A DNA stretch of 64,000 bases from Haplodiscus bocki. Taxonomy: Eukaryota. The notes beneath the pieces are model-generated. The model was not told the DNA's origin. It saw only the letters and a program-made list of their open reading frames with translations, and made no database searches. The position numbers and the translations under genes were made by a program. Location: assembly GCA_965655095.1 (NCBI GenBank), contig OZ296650.1, positions 65,534,001 to 65,598,000 of the forward strand, read 5' to 3'. This document shows positions 50,360 to 64,000 of this stretch, piece after piece. Positions within the stretch are counted from its first letter, which is position 1. Each line of letters starts with the position of its first letter.

Positions 50360-53300
50360 TTTAATGTAGCTAGAAGGCCATTTTGTGGGTTGCTATGTTT
50401 AAAAACGTGCTTTCGTCGTACGATACAAGTTGTTTAAGTAGGAAGTGGGAGTTTCCTGCCTCAATTCTTTCAAACTATTTTAGATCAGTTCGAAAATAGA
50501 GATCAGGAACTGACAGTACTTTACTTTCCTCAAGGAGTTCATGTGAAGGATAGTCATGCTTTTCACCGAAAAAATTTCATAGTTTTCTTTTACATTGTTA
50601 AAACAGGTTCAAGCTTTCCTTAAAAAACGTACACCTATAAATTAAAAGCCCGTATAAATGAGATGTAATAACATAAGTATTATATTGTCTAAGAACGTTT
50701 TTTGGAACAATTGGTTTTAGCCTGTTGAAACATTAAAATCTTTGAACCGTTTTTGAAAATTTACATGTTCTTGAGAATTGAGCCGCTTGTCAACAGTGGT
50801 TCCTGTACATTTGACATCAGGTTAATTTTTTTGGTTGCCTTTTGGAAAGTTTCCAGCAGTGCACTAAAAACATGCTGCCTTTGTGTATTGTATCCATGGT
50901 AAGTTTGTCTTGATACATCCACTCAAACAGTTGAAAAAGTAGTGGGTCAAAATTGCTTCTATTTTGCGTTTTTGGTTGCTTATATAAGCCATTGGTACTA
51001 TCTGCGAACAGACGAGGTTTAGTATCTGTACAAGAAGGTGATGTATCGTTAAGTATATAATAAAGAGAAGCGGCCCAATTACAGAACCTTAGGGAACGCC
51101 GAAAAATTGTTAACAAATAACTTCCAGCACCTTGTATTCCACCGAACTGTTTCCTGTTATTTGATTAGAAGATGGGCCAGTCCGAACAAACTCCCCGCAC
51201 GACTAACGTTTCTATCTTGTAACATAAACTTGATGGACCAATTGTATCGAATGCTTTTCTAAGATCAGGCATAACAGCCGTAAACAATGAATTATTATTG
51301 GAACGAAGTTCGTGTAACCAGTCAGCGAGTGTATAAAGAGTGCTGTTTCCTGATCTTAAACCAAATTGTATAAGAATTTTTAATTTTTCCTTTTTGAAAA
51401 TCCATACAGTTATTCATGAAAATTTCGTTCAAAGATTTTACTTATTACGGAAAGGGGAGACAGTGATCAAGAAGATGAATATTTTCTTGTGTCTGCCTGT
51501 CTACTTTTTTGGTAGAACGGTGAAAAATTTGCGAGTTTTGCGGTTCCGGAAAAATTCTTTCCTCTTCAGATTTATTTATAAGTGGAACAAGAAAAAGTAC
51601 AATATCATCGTAACATGGGCGTAAAATATCCGCGAAAATTCCATCATACCTTACTGACTTTCTCAACTCAAGATTGAACAAAGCATTAAAAGCCTCCGTA
51701 TAATTGGTTCGTAAAAGAAACATACTGTGATCAATACATCCAATTTTTTTTGAAGATAAGAAACATCGTTAGAGGAAGATTGGTTTAATTTCGCAATGTT
51801 TGCACCTATCGGTACGAAAACGTTGTTGAATAAAATTGCAGCATCTGTGGGTTGTGCTCCAATTTCAAAAAGATTTGTTTAACTTTCGCCACTCCCGTGG
51901 TTTTAACCAGATTTTCATGAAATGTACGCGGAATGTTCACAACCTTTTGCATTTTTCATTGTCAGGCCGTTTTTTACTGCTCCAAACAAGCTTTTTAAGT
52001 TTCGTTCTTGATTTTTGAAACGTTTTTCAATTTTTGAGTGTTGAAACTTTTTGATACGCCTTGTATTCTATGAGTTCTTTTCCAACAACACTTCTGATGC
52101 TTTTGTTTATCCAAGGATTTGCTCCAGTAACTCTTTCAATTTCTTTATTTGAAGAGAACTGGACTCTTTTAGTCAAAGTGTCCATGAAGTGGCAAAAAAT
52201 ATATAGTCTTCGAAACCTGCGGGAAATCAAGGTCTTTCCAGCTAGTTGAAAGATTTTCCCAAAAATGTTTGTTAACCATTTGGTCTCTCAGATTTGTATG
52301 TTTTTCTGCATTCAACCTTGAACATTCGGTGTGGAATGTTCAACATGGTAAAATAATTTTAGTTGCAAAAGTGTCAGTGGAATCGATTTCCGTCATCTTA
52401 GATTGCAGGTTAGTATAGAACTTGTTTTGAAGTTCATGGTCCAGGAGGGGTTCACTGTCCTTGGTTACTTCAGTCACTTCGGTAAAATAATGTCTAACAC
52501 CGTGTACACGGTTGGCAATATATTTAAGTTTAAATAAAGCGTTTTTAGGCAGGTAAAAAAATAAATATGTCTTAAGATAAAAACAAGCCATTTTCGTTTC
52601 AAGGCTGGGCAGTAAAACACTCTTTAGGTTTCTAGAAGAAATTGTTTAAATGTCTGAATGAGCATTGTAAAAACAAAATATTTGAAATGTCTCCTGATTT
52701 TGCGTGACACAATTGGCAAGAACAAATTTTAGTGTGAAGTTGATTTTTTCTTGAACAATGCTGATGGTCTTGTGCAAAAACTTAGCTCCGCCGTCATTAG
52801 GACATTTTCTTTTGTCAAATATCAGCGGAGAGTAATCAAGAAGCTTGTAATACTCCTTGTTAAAATCTTCATATATCCACAACTCGGACAGGCAAATTAC
52901 TAAAGGTTTGTTTCGCAATGAATCAAGGTAAACCACGCAGTGATCAAACCTGTAACTTATAGATCATACAAAAACATGCATAATCCTGTCGTTCAACATT
53001 GATTTTTTTTGCACTCCGGGTTCTAGTTTTAAGAAAATCCCGTAATAAAAAGTTAGCATTGATTTGTGAAAAGAGAAGACTTCACAAGCAGCTGCTTCAA
53101 ATAGTTCCAAGCGATTGTTTTACGTCAAATTATCATTGTTTTCATTTCAAGTTGCCTTTTTCTCATTCAAAAAGTATACATACTTGACGTCTTGACTGTC
53201 CTGAAGCAATTTGGATAATTTGGAGCGCAACGGAGTAGTATCATCAATTATGAAACTCATACATTTTTCTCCTTCAGGACCTTTGTACCTTGTATGACTG

Positions 53301-53800
53301 CACTTTTAGCTTCTCTCCTGACGAATTTTGCAATGATAGGTTGGGTACTACTTCTGGTTGGCAGAGGTTGACAGACAATAATGTCGTCTAAGCTGATAGC
53401 AGCGCCTGCGTCGCTGGCAGATTGGATAATAATATTATAAGGGTTCTCACCTGTTTCCTCATCTGCCCCAAACATCCTGACATTGTCGCGTCGTCCATAT
53501 TGCTCAATCGCATTTGCATTGACCAAGCTGCCTAGTCCATGCTTCTCTTGAGCTGATTGGTCTGTGTTGCGTACTTTCTCCATCTGCCATTTTAGTTCCT
53601 CTATATCCTGGGCTGCATGTTATCCACTTAGATAACGCCTCTCAATGAACCCTTCTGGAAGCTTCTTGGGCAGTCAGACCGATACCCAAGCTACACAGCC
53701 ATCATAACTGACCCCTTGACATTGCAGTCGAGCGCATGCATCGCGATCTCATCATCACTTGTGGAGCAATGATACTTCGGCAATATCAAATCCAATCTGA
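50360..53800 (-). mobile_element. Decayed near-full-length CR1/L2-type LINE (ORF1 plus APE endonuclease-RT ORF2)
   Basis: ORF1 relic IEQYGRRDNVRMFG...PIIAKFVRR (53257-53583) with a PHD-like DGCVAWV upstream; endonuclease relic VICLSELW...GG...CFYN (52646-52936); RT motifs VISKIFER (~51430), DLRKAFDT (~51255), GVP*GSVIGPLL (~51085), LFADST (~51003). Many stops and frameshifts; ends approximate. Confidence 0.88.
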
Positions 53801-56438
53801 AACAATTTCATAGGTTTATCACAACAACTAGGCTACGGAGAAAAAGCCGAGAACATCTAACAAGGGCGATTTGAGCATAATTCACAATGACAGCAAATTC
53901 AGGAACAAACTTCCTGAAACAGAAAAAGAAAGTGACTATAGTCGAATATTCTTCTTCGAGGTCTTGATTGTTTTGTATTTTGAATGCTAAAAAAATGTTT
54001 TGGCTGAGAAAACAAGACCTTCAGTCTCTTGGGTCACAATGTTTTTGGTTAGTTAAATAAACTTTTCAATTATTGAACTATTATTCTTCTGAGAACGTTA
54101 GTTTATGCTCAATATTGTTTTCCTTTAAACAATCAGGAAGAATATTTTACTTGAATTGTTTACATTTCATTGTTAAAAACTTTAATTGTCAAAGAATTTT
54201 CATTTCTAGTTTTAGGTTCAACTGTACTCAACTAAAGCCTTTTGTTCCACTACATGACACTTCCTCCCTTCAATCGCTTCCAGGTTGTTGACAAAGACCC
54301 TAATATGGTAGAAAAATTCCATTGCAGGTGTTGAATTGAAATCACTGGAACGCCCAAATTAATTTGATTGAAACAGACAGCTTGAACCCGAAGAATTCCC
54401 AAAATAGTAGAGAGAATCCCAAAACAAATATAGGTTGAAAGAAAAAGAGATAGCCAGCACAAGTATCCTATTGCCCCACATCTATCACGTGATCGTCTTG
54501 TGACGTCATCTTTGAGCCAGTTCCAATATGTTGCTTTCGTATTGTATTGTAATTTAGACCAAAATTTAATACATTTATAAAAAGCATTTATTGTAGAAAA
54601 AAACTGCAATCAGTTTCAGTAATGTATGGTTGAACCAGGGGGGGCTTGAAGGCAATCAGGTGCTTATGAATGGATATTCATTTCAAGAGGGACTTGAATT
54701 TAACTGACGAATTGATTATCGAAAAACTGACGTTCGACCATTTGGACAGCTTTAGCCTCGGCTCGAATAAGTCGAAGAGGACAGTATGCTATGAGTGCTG
54801 GACACATAGATGCGGCAATTTTCATTGAAACATGAGAAGGAATAGGTTGAGGAAAGAGAAAGTGGTGTCCCAGTTTTTTGGCCGGAGCTGTTAAGGCCAC
54901 GAGATGGTCTTCGAAAACACGAACAGTTACTGTAACAACTGTTTTTCGCTTATCAACTCTGACTACTTTTGGAAATCGTAGTCCTGCAAATTGGTTTTTA
55001 TGATAAAGAAGCATGAAAAACAGATGTAATACTGCCGAAACCGCAAAAACAATAACATTCGGAATGCAAAAAATTTTGAAATGGACATTTTGGTGAAATA
55101 CGCGAGTGAGCAAAATTATCAAAAAATTCATATCACACGCATAAGGACGTGCTATTTCTACAAGTTGGGTAACTTCACTGATTTGATCTAACAGTTCTTT
55201 CCGGACTTCTTTCAAATACTTCACTCCTGTTTCTGCTTTCGAGTAGTAAAGAGGTAATTCTTTTAAAAGGTGGACCAGCATAGAACTTGATGCCAGCAGA
55301 TGAGGCAACGAATGGTCCGATTTGATTGAAAGAAAATGAGAATACTGTGATAGATTAGATTTTTTCTGATATTCTTTGTATTGATCTGCACTCCACATTC
55401 ATGTCTGATGATACGAATGCGACAATTGGCAAAAGCTTTCGTTTTGCGCGATGAGAATTTTCACGGAAAATTATGTCTTCAGAGGTTGATGTTGGGCGAA
55501 ATTACAGAACCTAAAAATGTGGCTTCTTCTGCAAGTGGTAGGGAAACGAGAAACGTATCACAAACTGAAAGATCGTTAACAGGAGAACCACAAAACACGA
55601 TAGTAATGCATGAAGTGTTTCTTAATTTGTCAGAAAAATTTTGGAACGATCTCTGTACTTGAACGATCGGAGACTGGGTTCAAACTGCTCAAAAGAAAAG
55701 ACAAAGGAATCCTTTTTGTCTTCAGGGGTAGCTGGATATGGAGTTTCAATCATCCAATCAAGAGCCAACTCAGAACCCTCTGGAGAAGACATAGGTATCA
55801 ATTTAGCCTCAAAAACTGTAAAAACTATTTGTTAAGCAACCAACGGTATGCTAAAAGGGTCTTTCTTGCACCGTGATAGCATCATTGAGCAAAGGTGAAT
55901 CGTAACACGATAAAAGATTAGTTAACGGAATAGCAAAAAGACGATTATCATCAGCCCTACTCTATTCTATTGCTACACTTTCCAAGGTTACTGAGAAAGA
56001 GTTCATAGGAGTTAGCGACATAAGTAATTGACCTCACAAAAGAATATGAGTGGAAGTGAGAACTTTCACGCGAAAGGTAAACGAGATGAACAATAGCTCC
56101 ATATACCAGCATGAATCATAGCGAGGAGAGAGAACAAAGTTGAGTTGTTGATTCGGAAATAACATTCGATTACAATCACGAAGAAAATTAAGATTATGCT
56201 CAAACTATATAAAGTTGTATTGGAAAATTGCCCAACCTCGTTTTTGAGTCGATACCGTCTCGGCCTGATTTGCATTCCTTGCGACCATTTCCTTCTTAGC
56301 CAGACGGACTTTCTCATCCATATTATTGAAAAGTTCTGTTTTAAAGTGCCCTAGGACGTCTTGGCAGTTTAAAAGACGTCAGATGCTCGCTTCGTTCCCT
56401 TGTGGTTCTTCGAGAAAACCTCCAAGACATTCACGGCC

Positions 56439-56474
56439 ACAAGAGGACCACAAGAGGACCTACAGAGGCCACAG
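56439..56474. repeat. Short degenerate tandem repeat (ACAAGAGGACC)x~3
   Basis: acaagaggacc acaagaggacc tacagaggcc acag read directly. Confidence 0.6.
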
Positions 56475-57697
56475 CTCCTCTGCATAGACCTATAGCAGCA
56501 AGAGCAGCAAGGAGAACACAAACACCGTGCTGAGGTCGTGTCAGTTATGATTCGGAAGGAGGGCGCAGAAATATTATTAATTCATCGCGGAGAGTGTTAG
56601 GAGCGTTACGTGACTCGCAAGTTCCATTGTCGATTGGAAAAACCATCCAAAGAACACTGAAGCCAGTAGAAAAGTTTAACGGACAATTGAGAGAAGGCAA
56701 CTCCCACATCGTTGAATATCGTGCTCGATATTTGGTTGCATTGTATTTTTTGACGTAGAGAAAGTTGCCAAAAGGTCAACGCGAATAAAATCCTCCCCAA
56801 ACAAGAAGTTTCTCAGCTCTTTGATTAATATCTCTTTTTCGAGTAGATTTTTAAGGTAGTTTGACGGCTGAATGTTTGATGCCCATTAACCTTAAATGGA
56901 AGCTGTACTGAAAACTGAAGCAAAAGAAGAAACATTTTTTAAGTTTAAAGAATTATCTCATCTCATCGAGTACTTTAAATGTTGATGAAACGAAAAGAAT
57001 TATGAAAATGTCCGCGAGAACATTTGCGAACTGACAATGTCTTCAGCAGTTTTTTGTTCAGCGCTGGCTTCAAAGCTCGAGGATGTAAATGATTGAACAG
57101 CTAAACCACGACATTCAACATCCAGCATATCATTTTTCAAGAAAGTCATTTTTGTTGAGAAAAATCCAGTGTAGACGTTGGAATTCAAAATGTAAAAAGG
57201 AGGTCCAGTGAACTTGGCCTCGGATACTATATGAAAAAAAGCACAAAAATTTTCACGTTTTTGAGGAATTTAGTTTTAGCGATCCACGGCGCGTATTTTT
57301 GGGCAGTTGTTTTTTCCTTTTTGTAAAAGTTTCAAAAACTTCGAGTATTTCAGCCTCAAAAATGAAATTCACGCTCTGCGCCATACTACTCATGACATAC
57401 GTCATCTGGATGCTCATTTCCTGAGATTTGCAAAACACAACGTGGGTGGACCATATTGTGCTGCAAAATTAGTTCGGCCGCGTTCAGTAGTAAAAAAATT
57501 GTGGATCCGGGTAGTTTAAACGCCCTTGGCTTGTGGGACATCTGAAATTACATTCCCTCAAAAGCAGTTGTCCATCGGATGCATTTGGGCCATTTGTGTA
57601 GGAACTGTGGCATGTATCATGTGCATTGTAATTTATCCTATTGCCAACTTTTTGTATCGTCTCATTAGCTACCTGTGGTAATCGAAGAATCAAAAGG

Positions 57698-59577
57698 TGT
57701 CAGAGGAAAACCAGCCACAAACAGTATAGGATGTGAACTGAAGAGTTTGTTGTTTAAGTTGTGGTGCGCTGAGATGTTACTTTAAATGGATGGATTCGGC
57801 GCTAGCGGAAAGTGGTAGAAAAGTGCTAGTGGTTTCATATTTTTATTGTGAGTCCAAAAATGCACCAAAACATACTTTTGACATTAGTACGGTTATTGTG
57901 TGGAAGGTTATTAAACACAAGTGTAATCTTCGAACAGCCATTTTTTCCAAAAACGACTAAGCAAATACGAGCAAGGAATTGTTTTAATAGTATTGCGGCA
58001 TTCATGCCACAAACTAGAATTGTAAAAGTCATGGGTTACCGGAGAAGCGTGGATGTTGCGTAGCCGGAAAAACATAACGGCCTCAGAGGAAAATCATAAT
58101 GGTAGTGCAAGCAAAATATTGGTTGTAGTGATATGCAAGGGGAAGCGCTCGAAGTGTAACAAGGGCTCAAAGACTGGCGCAATTCTCTTGGATAGTAAGA
58201 TAGAGCATAATTTGCATCTGGCAAGTTCAAAGTTGCTGGAAACCGGTTGCCTGGATACAGAATTAATTAAGGCCAAACCAGACACTAAATTGTGGAAAAG
58301 ACGTTCAATTTATTTTAAGTTAGGAGAAGACGGGCTTTTGATGGAGAGCATTTTCAAAGTGCTTACAATGCAACACTTAGAGAAAGCCCTCCAAGCCAGC
58401 CATTTTTTGAAGAATGGCAAACTGTGTCAAGAAGTTGCAGTTCTTCGAGAAGCCCTGAACGGCGACTAGTTCGTGTTGCCCTCATTTGCCGAAGGATCTG
58501 AAAAAAAAACGCAAATGTGTACAACCGAAGTTGAAAATATAAAAAAATTAGATCAAAACTCTCAATGCACGTATCTCCAAAATTGTCCACAAAGTTTTTG
58601 GGCCTTACACCACGGATATAAATGGGAAAGAGCTGTTTGTTTGAGAAAAGAAACAAGCATGGAAGTGTGCAGCCAAATACGTTTATTTTTTCACAAGGTA
58701 CCAGACGGAAGCCAGCGTACCGGGCTTGTGGGATCGGGAGAACCTCAAGAAAGAGAGGGAGGTGGAGAATCTTGGTTTTTTAGAGTCTTTTATCTCTTAA
58801 CTGGGATAAAAAAAATTACGTAGCGAATCAGCTCTTTTACCAGGGGTTGGAAAAAGCTGTACAAGCCAAAGAAAAAATTCAGTTGCAAAAAGGGCACCAC
58901 CGCTCTGATAAAATGAAAGAAGCAGTTGACAAGGTGATGAATCTTACGGAGTTTGAGCGGCACTGTGTGAAGACATCAGATTATTCAGCAAATGCCTTGG
59001 AAATCAGGGAGACAAAAACAGGACAAATGTCAGTAAGGGAACCTTGGGGAAGCGATCAAGAATGCTGGTGAAGGAAGTGAGTTTGTAAGTAATTTTTGTT
59101 TAGAAAAAAGGAATTTGATACAGATGCTGGGAACATTACAAATGTTGCACTGGGACGTACTTGGGAGAACGCAGGTGGGAGAGTTTAGGTCAAATGCCCC
59201 TCGAATGAAGCACGTCTGTCTTTTATAGGGGTAGTTTTGTTCTATGTTGCACATTCGGTAGGTCGAGGGATTTTCATTGTGAGCCGATTGCTGATTGGCG
59301 TAAAAAAGTACGTAAAGATAACTGTTCTTTTGTTGAAAATTTAAAAAAGAGAATGCTGGATTTTTTAAATCAGGATAGGAACTTCGAAGGCCCCTAAGAA
59401 AAGGGCGAGTTTTTATCACAAAAAGGCGAGAACCTCATGGCAATAGTAACTGTTCGTACAATTTTACTCAAACCTTTTCATACAAGTGAACTCAGAGAGC
59501 TCATAAAATAGTCTATTTTTGATTGCCGCAGTTTGAAAGAAAGATGAGGAAGAAGGCAAACAACTCGCACTCTGACA
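57698..59577 (+). mobile_element. Possible decayed transposon relic with TGTCAGAG...CTCTGACA ends
   Basis: 8-bp inverted termini (57698-57705, 59570-59577) enclose broken plus-strand ORFs, one loosely like an integrase zinc-binding region (YFKLGEDGLL...KVL...ALQASH...GK). No TSD. Confidence 0.25.
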
Positions 59578-60679
59578 ATGATTGGTGAAATTTTATTTAA
59601 TTTACACTATTACTCCAACTGCTGGGAAAAATTGTACCTTGTTGAAAGGGTTACTTGGGACAATATTTTGGAATTCTTTTCCATTAGAGGGGAACCATCG
59701 CTAGAAACAGTTCAAATGAGGCAGAAAAAGTGAGCTCACGGAAAAGCTGGGGTGGGAAATTCTCTGTGATTTTGAGTAAAAACATTTGACGGTCAAACTG
59801 GAAAAATGTGAAAATTTGGACGTGTTTATCGGAGTTAATGTCCTGAAAAAACCTCATAGTAAATTCAAATTGCTATTGACTGCTATAGTTGAATGCTGCA
59901 TTACGGAACAGTCTGAATTGTTGTTAAAGTATGGGCGGAACTCGAATAAACTGTGAATAAAAGTGAAGAAAACTGTTGGCCAGTGTAGTTGATAATTGCC
60001 AAAAACAAGTTAAGGATTTGCAACTTCATGAATATTATGTCGCTTCAAATCTTGTCTTAACGCTTTCAGGATCAATTCGAGTCTTTTGTAGGTTGATTTT
60101 TCAAAAAAGCGACGTTTCGTTACTAAACTATAAAGAAATCAGTTGCTGTGTTGATTAAAATAGATTACCAAAGAGCCAGGTGGGAAATTATCAAAAATTA
60201 AATTTCGCAATTTTTGGAGCCCGGGAGAAGAACAAGCTATTGTAGAAGTTAAATGCTTTGCCATGGCAAAATCTCAAGAAACACAATGTGCAATGCATGT
60301 AGCAGCTGTTAAAGTATTTGACCGAGAGAAGCAAAAATTGGGATGATTACTTGATGCAATGACTGCATTTACATCATTCGAGGACAATAAACGTTTGTTT
60401 AAATTCTTCAAGCTATCGCAACACTTGATACATTGTTTGCGTCTCTGAATATTTCGAAGGCGTCTGCTGCTGTAATCTGTGGCCAGAAGTTTTTGGACTT
60501 AAAGCAGGAGTAGTAAGACATGGGTCTCCCGAAGGAGCTTGTCCTCGTTGTGCACGACATTGTACTTGCGACTCAAAAACCTCTCGGTGTTTGCCGGCCT
60601 GATGTCTAGTTAAACACCTATTGGTACGCAGAGCTTTTTGAAAACATGAAGTATGTAGGAGAATTCCTTCTGGTTTAAA

Positions 60680-63600
60680 ACGTTTTTCACAGTAAGTACT
60701 TGGATGTAGGTTTGTTCGCAAAAAGTAGCGTGGATTTTGCCGGTCAGTAGTTATTGCCTAGGTTGGTTGTTTTGCTCCGCTTGACAGATTCTACAAGGCG
60801 TTTTTATTAGCGTGAAGGTATCTTGTGAGGTGTCCCTTGGCAAGAAATCATCCGAAAAGTAAAAAAAAACGAACATATGTATGGGAGTAAGAGATCCACA
60901 TCGTGTTCGACTGGTTGACGCAATACCACAGGAACTGGAACTGCTGCCACAGCAACTAGAGGTACAAGAGCCGGGCCAGTCGCAAGTCCAACTGGTATGG
61001 GCGCCGGAGCGACTGGAAATAGAAAACTAGCAGTTACAGGTGGCTGATTTGGTGGGAGGTTCCAGTAGAGACAAAATACTTTCATCACAGAGTGTTGGAT
61101 CACTGCGAAAGAGGCACAACGAAGGACCATGCTGAAAATTTTCAAGGATAATTACAGTGAGGTCTCCATATCGGCTTTGCCGAGATACAGGTCACCATTT
61201 GACTCAATGAACACATTTTGTGTGAATAGTTCCCGCTTTTCGGAAAAAGTAGATAAAGTTTGTCAACGTTTTCTCCACGCTGTACAGTTGTAGATTGGCA
61301 GCCAAACAGGTAACGCTTTGTTTGCAAAATCAGATTGATTCATCAATTTACTTTAAATAAAAAGACAGTATGAAAAGAGGGCCCCGGGTTTGCCTTCAAG
61401 TTTGCAATAATAATAAACGCGGTACTTGTTGTACTTTTCACTCAATTTAGGCTGCGTTTCGGGAAACATTTTGTTCATTTCATCTTGTATTGCGAAGACA
61501 TCTTCACTATTTGGGAAAGATCGTTGAATCAAATTGTTTCTAATTGGTAAGTCTTCTCGTTTGAGTGGTTCACGTCCACGAAAAATAACCATAGGCCTAC
61601 AGTCAATCGCCGAATGATAGGACGTAGTGTGAAAAAAAGTCGCTAATTATATGTATTCAAACCCTTCATTCCATTGTTCATTGGTTTTTTCATCTTGAGA
61701 ATGAGTTTGAGTGCGCTTTGAAAGCGTTCGACGATTTCCAGCATTCGTTGGTGTTTTAAACTTGAATGTTCAGGTTGAATTTTGAGGAGCTTCGTTAATT
61801 TATGCATCAATTCATGAACAAAGGAAGTACCTTTATCAGAAAGAATGGTTTTAGACAAGAAACTATGTGGAAGAAAATTGGGAGTGATTTTACTTGTAAT
61901 AGTGTCTGCACTGACATTCGTCAAAGGGACAGCAAACTGGTGGCTTTAATGGTCTAGCCAAGTCAATCTAAAATGCTTCACAAGGATTAAAACCTAAAAT
62001 TGAAACTCAGTGTTAAAACTTTTTGAGGTTTTTTAACGCAGTGTGCTTGAGTTGTCAGCATGCTAGGCAGTTTTTATTCATAAAAGTTAAGAAATCCGTA
62101 AAATTTGGAAAAAAAACGTTTTAGAATATCGTCAACCGTTTTAGCAACGCGAAAAAGTCCGGCGGTTTTCGAATTATGCAAACGGCAAACTACTTCTGGC
62201 CATAAATTTGATGCTACACAAAACTGTTTGTACTTCACTTTGCCACAATTGTCGTAAGAAAGAAGATAGAGAAGATCATATTCTACTACTAGGCGATTAA
62301 ACTGCTTCCGATACTTTTGCAGAACAAGAGGTATTTCTGCGGATTGATCAGGAGATTCACGGAAGATCGTCACGATGACCTCACGAAAAAATTCATTATT
62401 TTGTTGTTCTCGCTTTAAGTTAAAAGGTTGTGATCTTTTAAGTGAATCACTAAGGACATCCCTAAGATCAATGGTGCCTATTGAGTAGAATTGCAAAACT
62501 TGTGTCAAAAAAGACGTAATAGGAAGATCCCATCCATCAATACGTGTTTTTGTTAAGAAATTATCTTAATTTTTTTTATTCGGGTAATGAATTGTTTGCC
62601 AACCATATTTGGTGTGTCATCGGAGAAGCAAGTTAAGTCAGCAATATTTGATAAAGATATTATATCTAGCGCTTCTGCTTCTGTTTAATTTTCAATTTCT
62701 CGTGTAGGCACATGATTCGAGTCAATAACCCAAATATTCAAACTAAGATTCGTTTGCGTTTGCGATAGAAAATCTGTAGCAGAGTTTGTTTTGCCAGGAA
62801 TATGAGAATAAGAGCTAGCAAAATATTAAAAAACAAAACTCAACCTAGGCTGTTTCATAGAGAGGTATGAATACTTTTAGACTGAAAAAAAATAGAATTA
62901 GGCTCCGAATATCCGTTGAAACTAGTACCAATTGCGTTGCAACCCAGAAGAATTGGGAAGCATGGTTTAAAGGAAAATACAACGCTAAAATTTCTTTTAC
63001 AAACAAAGAAAACTTCAATTGCGTAGCAATGAAAAGTTTGGAACCAAAAAATTGGACCCTTAGATTTGTTTTCGTTGCCCTTTTGACCAGTTAGATAATC
63101 TTCAATCATTAACACAAATTCATTGCCTTGGAAACTGGCATAACTGAGGAAAAGTTACTGAATGCCTGGTTCCGCTATACGTAGCGTTAAATTTGCAGCA
63201 CTTGTCAGATTGCCTTTTAAGTTATTCAAGGAGTCATCATTAGTATAAGTCATAGTAAATCAGTTTTCATTTCGTAACATTTGGTAAAATGGTAGTACTT
63301 TTTGTCCGGGCTCACGGTTGAAATGTCAAAAAAATTGTAAGAATCCAATCAGGCGTAAAATTGTTTTACCGTGTTGGGCATTGGGCTTTGTTCGAGCACT
63401 TTCTCAAGTTGTGTATTTTTGGCCCAAGTTCTTTCAAATGTTTTTGTGCTACTTAAATGGTTGATTTCTGTTGTTTCGAACGCGCATTAACGTGCGGAAA
63501 ACTTCAGCCCAATTATCTCAAACAATCGAAATTTTTCGAAACACAGGTATAATTCTATCAAAATTATTAACTCCGACGGCAAAATAATCCAACAAATTGC

Positions 63601-64000
63601 GTAAAAACCTTCGCTGCAAGGCAGGGGTCAAAATAGTGCCTGACAAATGAACTAATTTTGGTTAGGGATTCGTCTAAACCTTGAGCTAGGCCTTCTACAG
63701 CAAATGTTCTCGAGGCAAAGTTCAATGCCGAAAGCTGAACAAAGAGGTCATATGCCTTTTGAACACATCGGTATGCTTGTGAGCAATCTAGTTTACGGAA
63801 CAAACATTCATCGGTGAAATGCCTTGGGGCATCCGTTGTATTTGAAACTGAAAAATTGCTCCTCAAATAAGCATGGCATGGAAGATGGTTCACGCGGTGT
63901 ATGTGAACAGGAATTTTTGGCGCACCAGATGATTCGCGTTGACAAATATCGGACTACTCATTTTGGAATGTGACAATACTGTTATAATTTTAGAGTGTTT
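60680..64000 (-). mobile_element. Decayed Ty3/Gypsy LTR retrotransposon pol (RT, RNase H, integrase); continues beyond the window
   Basis: RT relic LFRKLDCSQAY...NFASRTFA...LAQGL (63567-63893); HIPGKTNSATDFL at the RNase H end (~62790); integrase N-term RLHNSKTAG (62074-62508); core ILSDKGTSF...VER (61643-61924); C-terminal YSVEKTLTN..RKAGT..KCVH (~61240). Domain order RT-RH-IN indicates Gypsy. Confidence 0.9.

Noticed and set aside
54550-55880. Kinase-like fragments on the plus strand (NLIHL*KAF...CMVE..GG; FLHRD)
   Set aside because: Spacing is wrong and no DFG, APE or VAIK motifs were found; compatible with chance.
59110-59180. QCNICNVPSIC resembling a piggyBac cysteine-rich tail
   Set aside because: Isolated motif with no transposase core or TTAA-flanked TIRs seen.
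59600-60680. 3' LTR, polypurine tract or env of the Gypsy element
   Set aside because: No second LTR copy in the window for comparison and no clear PPT-TG boundary.

Overview
Eukaryotic (metazoan-like, AT-rich) genomic window; no prokaryotic features. 1-35570 is one head-to-tail satellite array of about 76 monomers (~455-485 bp; 467 bp in the left block). It has three layers: a homogeneous subfamily A (1-~8470); a middle layer (~8.5-18.9 kb) with a chimeric ~560-bp monomer, (GA)n expansions and 4/5-mer higher-order repeats (HORs); and a right layer (~19-35.5 kb) of interleaved 3-mer (~1381 bp) and 4-mer (~1848 bp) HORs. A 200-N scaffold gap follows (35571-35770). To its right are two intact minus-strand housekeeping genes only 303 bp apart: an intronless methionine synthase reductase (MTRR, 642 aa) and a 4-exon KDEL receptor (212 aa; exons reconstructed by hand). 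The KDELR ATG is preceded by a TTTCAG acceptor with no evident upstream exon, which suggests an operon-like or nested/shared-promoter arrangement; this is the best candidate for an undescribed system but is untested. The rest is decayed material: a probable LRR pseudogene, a LINE RT fragment, a foldback element in KDELR intron 1, a near-full-length dead CR1/L2-like LINE and a dead Gypsy pol running off the right edge. Nearly all ORF-track entries other than MTRR, the KDELR exons and TE relics are spurious.
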